DNA of 37,316 nt from Octopus bimaculoides. Taxonomy: Eukaryota. Each line of letters opens with the position of its first letter. Position 1 is the first letter of the stretch. The notes beneath the pieces were generated by a model, which was given only the letters and a program-made list of their open reading frames with translations, ran no database searches and had not been told where the DNA came from. Location of the stretch: positions 15,452,416-15,489,731 of the forward strand of contig NC_069000.1 of assembly GCF_001194135.2 (NCBI RefSeq), read 5' to 3'. Both the position numbers and the translations under genes were made by a program. Shown one piece after another: positions 1-10,700 of this stretch.

Positions 1-249
1 ATATATATATATATATACATACGTGTGTTTGTGTGTGTGAGACATTTGGAGCACGGAGAAGACTATACGGTTAGGTAGAAGGCCACACTACTTTATAAGA
101 TGTTTCAAACGTGAAGAAAGCAGACAGTGTCGTCAGCCAGATATTGTTGTGCAGTATCGGTTGGTTAAGAACAAATTAATGTAAACTGATAGCAAATAAC
201 ACAATCAGCTGTTGGAGATGCTTAGTCATGGCATCAGCGGCGTATTTGT

Positions 250-450
250 TGATGGTGGTGGTGATGGTGGTGGTGGTGGTGGTGGTTGTGATGTGTGTGA
301 TGACAATGTTGACGATGGTGGCGGTTTTGTATGTGTTGATGGTGGCGGCTGTGGTGCCGGCAGTAGTAGTAGTAGAGATGTATGTGATGATGATGTTGAT
401 GATGCTGATGGTAATGGTGGTGTTGTTGTTCCTATTGGTGGTGGTGTAGA
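250..450. repeat. Imperfect (GGT/GAT/GTT)n trinucleotide low-complexity tract; another at 883-930
   Basis: Seen directly; explains the overlapping low-complexity ORFs. Confidence 0.85.
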
Positions 451-509
451 GGATAGTGACCCAATAAATGCTAAATATGCTGAACAAGGACTCGAGCACT
501 ATGGTGTGG

Positions 510-548
<39 letters not shown>

Positions 549-550
<2 letters not shown>

Positions 551-666
551 GAGAATATACAAAAAATAACAACAGACGAGGACAGGTGGTGTAAATAACA
601 AAAGTATATATTAGTATGACGCTCGGGAATACGGAAAGTCTTTGACGTTTCGAGCTACGCTCTTCA
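549..666 (-). mobile_element. Short interspersed element (hammerhead-like family) embedded in (TA)n
   Basis: Shares GAATACGGAAAGTCTTTGACGTTTCGAGCTACGCTCTTCAA exactly with 18640-18680; (TA)n on both sides. Confidence 0.6.
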
Positions 667-1247
667 ATATATATATAAATATATATACATCGCTGCTATT
701 CTGCAAAAGTGTTGTAAGATCAACACGTTGCTTTTTCAGAAAAACGAAAAAATAGCAAAACCGTTATACTACACATTGACAATTTTTGATATCTTGGCAT
801 CTGAAGCAGCTGGAGATACGATAATTTGACCAAAAGAACCAGCTATTGCAAGCAAAAATAAATATTTTCTCTACTTATGTAGATGATGATGGTGATGATG
901 ATGATGTTGATGATGATGATGGTGGTGGTGAGCTGGTTAAGTGGATTAGATGCAATTCCCTTAATCCTAATAAGATCGTACAAGTATCAAGGAATGGATT
1001 TCCTTTCTAGCAGATTTGCTTTTCTTCGCAGAATAAATCCAAGCTTTTCCAGAACGAGTGTGGGAACGTGGGAACCCCTAGTGGTCACTCGACCTGCTAG
1101 AAATAGCTGGCAAACAATTCTCAACCACCTTAAATTAGGAATGTTACGTTATTTCATGTAGTCCTAGATATATTATGTCTGCGAAAAAAAGAAAAAAACT
1201 CCTTAAATCAGTCATTCTCGTATGCTGTTTTAATTACCAAGTGTGTA

Positions 1248-1291
<44 letters not shown>

Positions 1292-1454
1292 CACACACAC
1301 TCGCAGACTCTCGCGCACGCACAGATATTCACTCTCCTGTCTTAGAAAGAACTTTTCCCCCACCACCTCCTCTTCCGGTCCTTTCACAATGTAACCTTGT
1401 GGGCATCGGTGTCATTTTCCTTTTCCTCCGTTTTTCCATTCTCCGAACTTTCTG

Positions 1455-1490
1455 TCTTTCCGACGAAGGGCTCCGCCCGAAACGTCATAC
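1455..1490 (+). ncRNA. Degenerate minimal hammerhead-like motif in a related short repeat (about 1370-1560)
   Basis: CCGACGA-A-GGGC(UCC)GCCC-GAAA-CGUC; stem I pairs poorly. Downstream TTCCCGAGCGTC is shared with the 549-666 element. Confidence 0.4.
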
Positions 1491-1742
1491 TCTCTCTCCT
1501 TCCTTTCCCGAGCGTCCAATAACACTATCCGTATCACGTGCTCACTTTGTTGTTTTTTTTGTTATTGTTTTTTGTGTTTTTTTGAACTTACATATATATG
1601 TGTGTGTGTGTGTGAATTAATTCGTCTCCGTTTTTCTTTAATTCGAGTAAGGAAAATGCCAGGATATTTAGAAAACGTGAAAGTATCACCTCACTGGTGG
1701 ATATGCTGTTGTTAGCTCCATATCAGTTTCTTATTTCTGTAT

Positions 1743-1955
1743 TGCCCACAAGGGGCTAAACATAGAGGGGACAAACAAACGGATTAAGTCGATTACATCG
1801 ACTCCGGTGCGTAACTGGTACTTAATTTATCGACCCCGAATGGGGATGAAAGGCAAAGTCGACCTCGGCGAAATTTGAACTCAGAACCTAGCGGCAGACG
1901 AAATACCGCTAAGCATTTCGCCCGGCGTGCTAACGTTTCTGCCAGCTCTCCGCTT
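1743..1955 (-). mobile_element. tRNA-derived SINE family B (Deu/Nin-like central domain)
   Basis: The minus-strand head has an A box (TGGCAGAAACGTTAG) and a B box (GTTCAAATT). Many near-identical copies occur in the window. Confidence 0.8.
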
Positions 1956-2189
1956 TAGCTCCGTATCATTTTCTACCGAGTAGATTTATGACTAAAGGTG
2001 TTCCACTTCTGCCTGCCATCCCCGTTGAACAAATCAACCTCAGTATATGTCTATTTTTTAAAAATCTGGTACTTATTCGATCGTTCTCTATTGTCGAAAC
2101 ACTAAGTTACGGGAACGTATTCAAATCAACGCCGCTGGTGGGGCAAGCATAACCACACGGACTTCTACACAGTTACTTATTTCTTTATT

Positions 2190-2384
2190 GCTCACAAAGG
2201 GCTAAACAAGGGAATTAAATCGATTACATCGACCCCAGTGCGTAACTGGTACTTAATTTATCGACCTCGAAAGGATGAAAGGCAAAGTCGACCTTGGCGG
2301 AATTTGAACTCAGAACGTAACGGCAGACGAAATAACGCTAAGCATTTCGCCCGGCCTGCTAACGTTTCTGCCAGCTCGCCGCTT
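2190..2384 (-). mobile_element. SINE family B copy
   Basis: Near-identical to 1743-1955. Confidence 0.8.
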
Positions 2385-2626
2385 CTACACAGTTTCTGTC
2401 AACCAAATTCACTCAAAAAGTACCGGTTAACCCGAGACTATAGTAGAAGGCACTTCCCAAAGACACCTCGCAGTGGGATTGAACCCAAAAGTATGCGAGT
2501 GAAAAGTAAGCTTCTTTAAACACACAGCCATACTGAAGGAGTTTTCTTAATGTTTCACAAGTAGCAGAATCATTAAGACACCAGCTATTCATTAGCAATT
2601 TGTTATCGATGTTTTTAGTTTACCTT

Positions 2627-2838
2627 AAGGCGGTGAGCTGGCAGAATCGTTAGCACGCCAGGTAAAATGATTAGCGGCATTTCGCCCATCTTTGCGTTCA
2701 GAGTTCAATTTTCGCCGAGGACGATTTTGCCCTTCATCCTTTGGGGGTCGATGAAGAATAGTAGTTGAGCATTTGGGTTGATATAAATCGACTTAATCCC
2801 TTCCCTGAAATTGCTGGCCTTGCGCCAAAATTTGAAAT
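2627..2838 (+). mobile_element. SINE family B copy (diverged)
   Basis: Begins AGGCGGTGAGCTGGCAGAATCGTTAGC; inverted relative to 2190-2384. Confidence 0.75.
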
Positions 2839-3247
2839 TAGTACATTACTTTACCTCACTACTCACGCTTGGTGATCTTATTGGTCAAATCAATATAGCT
2901 CAGAGTGACCTGACCTGAGATGGACAATTTCAGATCCTATTGCAAATGATTTACGAGTTTAGGAGAAACGAAGTTTCATATTAGCAGGGAAAATAATATT
3001 AGATTTCATTAAAAGAATAGCTGGAATGACATTTATTGCTAGGAATCTTATTTCAAGCGAATCCAAAGATTCAGTTTTCAGCATACAAATGGTGTTAATA
3101 ATAGCTAATTTTTTTTTTGTTGAAAATATAACCATCTCCGTTATTCCAAATCAATACAAAAAAATAAATAAATAAATAACAATGCAAGGGGAATAACTCT
3201 TTTGAGCAACAAAATTCGCGTAAACTGCTTTGCTTAGATATGCTAGA

Positions 3248-3365
3248 TAAGGTGGTGAGCTGGCAGAACCGTTACTGCACCGAACAAAATGCTGAGGGAC
3301 ATTTCTTCCAACTTTACTTTTAATTCTTTTGGGGTTGATAAAATAAGTAATCGACTTCCCCACTC
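3248..3365 (+). mobile_element. SINE family B fragment
   Basis: AAGGTGGTGAGCTGGCAGAACCGTT head and diverged body. Confidence 0.6.
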
Positions 3366-3734
3366 CTGAAATTTACTGGTCAAGAAAGGCTTACTAATTA
3401 ACACGTTAGTTTTTCCACTCTTCCGTGAAACGAAAAGCTCTGCGTCCTGCCATTTATTGCAGTTCTTAGCTATCTTCTATCTAAAGTTCAGCCCCTTCTG
3501 AAGTAAGCGTTCATCCCATCTTTTCCTTCCACAGGCTCCTTGAGTTGGAACCTTCATTACTTCTTCATACAGCTATCATCTCTCAATGAACATCACACTC
3601 AGACCAGCTTAGTCTCTTTATTACACATTACATCTCATCTAATACCTACTGTTCTGTCAGCTCACTCTGTGGGAGCTACTTCGACGTGTGATCTACAATC
3701 TAAAGGGCGATTACTTTATGTTACTTTTGAATTT

Positions 3735-3950
3735 CTAAAAACCCTTAAGATGGCTAAAAAATTTACAATGTGATCAGCAACGAGATGAAGGCAGTTGCAC
3801 TTTTACAAAGAAATGGCCTTTTAGAGATGATGAAGAAAATGTTGCATCATGTCATCAATGAGGTGGAGAATTGAAGGAAGCTCAAAGAGAAGGATAAAAC
3901 GGTGAAATTTTGCAAAATTTGCAGCTGCCACACTTCTGTGACCTACAAGT
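3735..3950 (+). mobile_element. Possible Merlin/ISXO2-type transposase N-terminal remnant
   Basis: Frameshifted reading EMKAVALLQRNGLL / DDEENVASCHQ*GGELKE resembles the zinc-ribbon N-terminus of such transposases; judged by eye only. Confidence 0.3.
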
Positions 3951-4517
3951 TTATTCTTGATTTCTTATTATTATTTACTAAGACATAAACGAAACATGGT
4001 TTTATTATTATTAAAATAGTAAGAATTTTGAAAAGCATACATTTACAGTGCTATGTACAAAAGAATTTACTAAAAAAATTTAGAAATTGAAAACTAAAAA
4101 CTGAAAGTAATCTCCCTTTAAATTGTAGACCACACGCCAAATAATACCCATCTTGTACCCTGTCGTTTGTTCATACAGATTAACCTTGTACAAAGGGTTA
4201 CCCAAAAGAAACTGGAATTTTGCAATATTATCAATTCACTTAGTTTTACATGTTTTACATGGAAACAGGTAAGGGTTGGCAACAGGAAGGACATCCAGCT
4301 GAAGAAAGTCTGATACACAAACTTTATATATCTTGCCCTTTTCTCAAAGGCATATATTCTGAAATTTGAATGATTGCAATACATAGAAGTAGACACACCA
4401 ATGTGGCAATCTTTGTATTTAGAACATTACTTTTGTTTTTTACCAGCTTGCCACGTTAAACTTAATAATAATAACAACAAGAAACAAAGAAACTGGACAA
4501 TTATGAATAATATTGTG

Positions 4518-4702
4518 CTATTTCAAATCAAAGATATCTGTTAGGTAGCTTTGCAATTTGCCAGTATCTTCAAGAAGTAACATATCTTGTACAGCTGATG
4601 GAAGAGCCATGCTATTGATGAAATCTTTGTTGTATGTATTCTGGTTTCTTAGAACATGGATCAGTTTTAATCGACTTAAATGTGATAAGGTGTTGCAGTT
4701 TT
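4518..4702 (-). CDS. ASB3: ASB3 coding exon 7, SOCS box (NTLSHLSRLKLIHVL...INSMALPSAVQDMLL) and stop
   Basis: Polypyrimidine acceptor ttcacag; SOCS-box pattern; TAG at 4518-4520. Confidence 0.88.
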
Positions 4703-7664
4703 CTGTGAAGAAGAAAAGAAAAAAAAAAGAAATATTAAAATTAACAAAAATGTAAAGAGATTGAGAAAAATGAAAAATGGGATAAAAAGAGAAAATTTCA
4801 ATAAATATAATCTCATAATTTACTTGATGTAGAGTGGTCGGTCATAGACATCATTGTATAATAAAGAAGTTTGCTTTATAACCACATGATTCCAAGTTCA
4901 ATTCCACAGTACTGTACCTTGTATAGATATCTTCTACCATAGCCTTGGGTTGACCAAAGACTTGTGAGTAAAATTTAATGAAAAGAAATGATGTGGAAGA
5001 CTATCAAATGGACTGAGAATACAAATTGGTTGAATGGAAGAGTCAACGACGATCCAGATGAAAGGTAGGCGACTCATGCTCTGTCCTGTCAGCATCAAAT
5101 ATCAGTGGTTATGACATTTAACTCGTCAGCATTCAGATTGCTTCGTCAAATGTAATGCTTATTTATTTGCATTGTTTTGAATTTATCATGCATGATCTCG
5201 CAGCTTCGAGATTCGATGGTGTGATTATTTATTTTTAGGATGACATTGTAGGGTAGGGGTGAGAGACCAGATCTGAAGATAAAACAGGTCGAATATTTTG
5301 GTTGGAAATGGCCAGATGAAATGCTAAAGAGAATACTTACTGCAAGTCTGTTTGACTGATTGCCACTCAGCATCTTCGAAGTATGCAGCAAATGATTCGT
5401 TGAGATTTGTTAGGGCACCACTTTTGAAAATCAACAAATTGAATATGATGTCAAAGTGCATGAAGTGAAGTCGATGGAAGCAGAGGAGGGATGCAATACT
5501 TTGTACAGTGAGAGACTCTGGTGATGGCTGTCTCTGGAATACCAGACAAGATCTCACTTCAACCTTCTGCCTCAGCAGTAAAAGCAGGAACTTGCCAATG
5601 AATGTAGATGTGTGAACACTTTGAGTCATGAGATCATTGTGTATTGCATAGAGGACTGTGAAGTTTCCGAAGACATTTGGATGATAGATGTTCGATTTGG
5701 CACCGTACTTCCAAAACAGTTTCAAACACTCTTCTCTCATCGTTTCAAAGGCTGCCATTATTGGTGGCATCAGGTTTTCACGAAGGTCGTTCACTGGAAA
5801 GCCGTATTGCAGCAGGATTTCAATGCACTGCACATCAGAACATTCTAGAACTGCATAGCTGAGCAGTGGCACAGTTCGTGGGTAGACACGACCAGACGAA
5901 AGTTGGTAAGTGACCGTGATATCAGTAGAAACATCATCCAACAATAGAAACTGTAAGATGCTCTGGTGAGACAAATCCAGAGACAGGGGTAGGGGAAACC
6001 ATTCAGAGAAGCATTTCTTGTGGATTTCTTCAATCTTAGTTACTTTGTACAGCAGCTTCACACATCTAGCAGAAGGAAAGAAATATATGTATTTATGTAG
6101 ATAATATTTTGAATGAAATAGTTGTAAGCTTTTTAGAGCAATATTTTGTCAATGAACAATTTATTGTAAACAGATTATCCATTCACAAAATGTTTGTTGT
6201 TTGATAGACTGGGAGATCATTACTTTGCTTAAAAACAAGTTGGGGGTTGGTAACAAGAAGGGCATCAGGTTGTAGTAAAATTGTTGAAGAAATGCCCCAG
6301 GGTGGTTGCAGTCTAATGACTAAACATTAGTGTAGGTGCTGATGCCTCATAAATAACACTGGTGATGGTGCCATGAAAAAAAGCACCCAGTGCACTCTGT
6401 GCAGTGGTTGGTACTAAGAAGAGCATCCAGCTGCAGAAACTAAGCCAAAACAGATCATGGAACCTGATGTAACCCTTGGCTTTGTCAGTTCTTGTGAAGC
6501 CGTCCAACCCATACCAGCATAGAAAACAGACATTCAATGTTGATGATGATAATATATATAACTTACTCAAGATTGTTACAAACAATGGCTGACTGCAGGG
6601 GACACACTGGTTCAGGATCAGAAGTGAAAAGGTTAGGGTTGGCATGATAAGATATCAACAGCTCAACACAGGAAGTATGGCCCTGTTGTGCGGCTACTAA
6701 TAATGGTGTGGCATTATCAAAAGCAGAAGCATCAACGAGATGAGATTTTCCTGTAAAAAAAAAAAAAAAAAAGAGAGAGAGAGAGAGAGAGGGAGATACA
6801 TTAAAGAAGTTTGATCATTTCTTATATTGCTCTTATCTCTTGCCTGTTCTAATCTGCTTTTGTTTTGATAAGCATGTCTGGTTTTAAATACTTGAGATTT
6901 CATTAACCAAGGAAACAGTTGATAGCATGATATACTTTAACCCTTTAGTGTTCAGATTACTCTGTCAGATGTAATGCTTGTTTATTGACATTGTTTTGAA
7001 TTAATTCTGCATTATCTCACAGCTTTGAGATTTCAATGATGTGATTGTATATTTTAGAAATGACATTGTTGAGTAGTGGAGCATACTAACTTCATTTCTT
7101 TCAAGTCCAACAGAGCATAAGAATGTAAAGGGTAAATGAATGACCACAGGATTGCACCTAGAAAGTTCCTCTTTGAGGCACAAGTCCGAGCAAGGCAGTT
7201 AATGGAAGACCAGCAGTTGCCCATGCATACCAGCCTCCCCTCTCCACACCACCAATGTTATCTGAGGGAAAGGTAAAGGCCAATACAGCTTGGCCCCAGT
7301 GATGTTGCAACTCATGAACTAGAGCAATGTGAAATAGTGTCTTGCTCAAGAACACAACAAACAGCCTGGTTCGGGAATCGAACACACAACCTCATGATTG
7401 TGAGCCTGATGCTCAAACCACTGAGCCATATAGATACTGATTAAGAATATCAGTAATATGGTGGAGGGAAAATATATCAGCAAATTAAATACAAGTATGT
7501 CTGCCCAATTAGGATTGAACTTGGACTAAATGATAACAATGAGATTATCATATCAGACTGCAAATGACTGCACAACATTATTTACATTGGACGGCTGATA
7601 TACCTTCATCAGGTGTCTTGGGGAAATTTCGAACCTGGGTTCTCATTCCTAAGGTATTTTTCGA

Positions 7665-7709
<45 letters not shown>

Positions 7710-10700
7710 CACTGTCTGGAATCGAACTCGGAATCTTGGGGTTAGTAGCCTGTGCTCTTAACCACTATGTCATATGCCTGTGGGCAATTATGGAGTGAAT
7801 TTAAGGGCTTATAAATCTAATATTTTCCTATCTTTCCTTAATACTGGTTCCCATATGCTATTCATATCTGCACTCAGTCTGCTTAGGAGGTTGTTGTGTC
7901 CTAGCATATGTGCTGTTTCTTTTAGTTTTCATATTTTCCAGTAGTGTTCTATGTCAAATGAAGGCTGGAGGGTATATCAGCCGAAACATTGTGTTAACAA
8001 CAAACAAGATGAGGACAAATATCCATCAAATGTAAATAATGTACATAAATCCTCATCTCTTAAATATAGAACTGTATGACTGCACAACATTCAAAAGATT
8101 AGCTCTCAATTTATATTTCTCAAGACAAAACAAGTCAATGTGTTATCTTAAGATTGCATGATTCAAAAAAGAAGTCTCTACATGGTTACTTGACCAGCTA
8201 GAAAAAGCAGTTAAATTTATCTCAACCCACCAATTACTGTCTTAAAAAATAAAAATGGATAATCGTCACCATTTAACAACCATTTTCCATGGGTTGGATG
8301 GTTTGATAAGAGCTGACAAGCCAGAGGACTATGCCAAGCTCCAATGTCTGTTTTGGTCTAGTTTCTATGGCTACAGCTCTCCCTAATGTCAGCTACTTTA
8401 CAAAGTGTACTGGGCGTTTTTTTTTTTTACATGGTACCAGTACCAGGTAGGTCACCAAATAACTTGTAAGACAAGACTCCGTTCAACTGAGACGAGAGTA
8501 GTATTGAGGGAGTTGGTTTTATACCAGGTGGAGAGAAGTTAAAATATGATAGAGAGACAAGTGCCTTTCAGTAGAGGAGATACACAGCTACTCCAGTTGG
8601 CCTAGGAAGAGAGAGAAGTAGATAAAGTAGAGCGATTGTAATTGGTTAAAACATAGTCACAAGTTACAAATAACAGTAAATCATAATAAAGGATTAAAGC
8701 AACCATAGTAACTTATAATTCTAATTTTGACACAAGACCAGCAATTTTGAGGGTAAGGGTGAATCAATTACATCAACCCAAGTATTTGACTGGTACTTTA
8801 TCAGCCCTTGAGGGATGACAGACACAGTTCACCTTGGCAGTATTTCAACTCAGAACATAAATAGTTTGAAGAAATCCCACTAAGCATTTTGTCTGATGTG
8901 CTAAAGATTCTGTCAGCTCAAGCTTTATAACAGTTTTAAAACTAATAGAAAATTACAAGAGATAATAATTTTCTTTTATCAAGTCAGGTAAATTTCTTAG
9001 ATAAACCATCAAACCTTCTTCAACGGATTTCTCCAACAGTAATTTCAGACATTCATAATTCCCTCGTTGAGCAGCCATAAACAGTGGAGTCAGCAAATTT
9101 TCGTCAACAACATCAATGTTGGCTCCAGCCTTCAATAGGAAATTGACTATTTGAACCACATTTAAGTCAACAGCTTGATGCAGCGAAGTAGCTTGGGTAT
9201 AATTTTTATTTTCAATGTCAGCACCTTTGTCGACCAGTAGATTCACACACGGAAAACTGCGAGCAGTAACAGCTTGAAATACACAAAAGAATACAAAGAG
9301 ATTTTAGGCTTTGATGAGAGAATCAAATCAACTTCATGTTACAAATAGATTGAATGAAATAAGAAACAAAGTTATTTGTCAAGTTAGTATGTTCAACCTC
9401 TTTTGCCCAACTGCTAAGTTACAGATACACCAACATCGGTTGTCAAGCATTTTTTTTTTTGGGGGGGGGAGCAAACACGGACACACACAAATATATACAA
9501 NNNNNNNNNNNNNNNNNNNNNNNNNNNNNNNNNNNNNNNNNNNNNNNNNNNNNNNNNNNNNNNNNNNNNNNNNNNNNNNNNNNNNNNNNNNNNNNNNNNN
9601 NNNNNNNNNNNNNNNNNNNNNNNNNNNNNNNNNNNNNNNNNNNNNNNNNNNNNNNNNNNNNNNNNNNNNNNNNNNNNNNNNNNNNNNNNNNNNNNNNNNN
9701 NNNNNNNNNNNNNNNNNNNNNNNNNNNNNNNNNNNNNNNNNNNNNNNNNNNNNNNNNNNNNNNNNNNNNNNNNNNNNNNNNNNNNNNNNNNNNNNNNNNN
9801 NNNNNNNNNNNNNNNNNNNNNNNNNNNNNNNNNNNNNNNNNNNNNNNNNNNNNNNNNNNNNNNNNNNNNNNNNNNNNNNNNNNNNNNNNNNNNNNNAGAT
9901 ACACCAACATTGGTTGTCAAGCATTTTTTTTTTTGGGGGGGGGAGCAAACACGGACACACACAAATATATACAAATACACACACACACACACAGACACAC
10001 AAATATATACAAGGGCTTCTTTTAGTTTCCATCTACCAAATCCACTCGTGAGGCTTTGGTTGGCCCAAGGCTATAGTAAAATACACTTGCTCGAGGTGCC
10101 ATGCAATGGGACTGAACCTGGAACCATGTAGCTGGGAAGCAAGCTTCTTACCACACAGCCATGCATGTGCCTATAATGCAATAAACTGAAATAAATTTTA
10201 TGCTAAGAAGAAGAGATTTCAAACAATTTGAGTAGAAGTTTTCACTGGAGAGAGATGAGTGTGTACTCCAATGTTTGATCTTTTTGCATTACCATTTTTA
10301 AACATAGCCCAACATACCTTTCTTTGGACTCACCTATTTCACTATATAATTATAATTTCATATCAACCCACATCAGACAACATTTGGTATTATGATACAA
10401 AACTGGTTGTTTCAAAATGTTTATATTTGAATTAAAACTTTCCATCATAATTTTATATAAGAACCTTCTGTTATGTTCCTAACACAAGGTTAATAATAGA
10501 AAAAAATATTTAAATTATTAATTTCCGACTAATTTGTTGTTCATTGTTGTTAACAACAATGAACAACATATTAGTTGGAAATTAATAACTCCTTCCTTGA
10601 AAATCCTCCTGAACATCATCTTTGTACAACATGTGCTTTAAGGATAATTGAGAGTGTAGACATCCAACAGCAACAATATTTCTGTGAGGAGCAACTGGCA

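Noticed and set aside
85-145. Minus-strand CTGACGA...GAAACATC resembling a hammerhead core
   Set aside because: No convincing stem I or stem II could be paired.
176-601. Three overlapping ORFs (G/D-rich, V/M-rich, T/I-rich)
   Set aside because: They arise from GGT/GAT trinucleotide and (TA)n repeats that lack stops; no domain or splice support.
5324-5340. ASB3 ending at the in-frame TAG (SKYSL*)
   Set aside because: A consensus GTAAGT donor at 5340 splices in phase to the SOCS-box exon.
7704-7778. tRNA gene
   Set aside because: A and B boxes are present but the acceptor and anticodon stems do not pair fully, and it lies inside a retroelement; the same applies to the other SINE heads.
9311-10131. 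Long ORFs spanning N runs (also at 12909-13356, 19787-20938 and 31970-32437)
   Set aside because: Artefacts of translating assembly gaps and SINE flanks.
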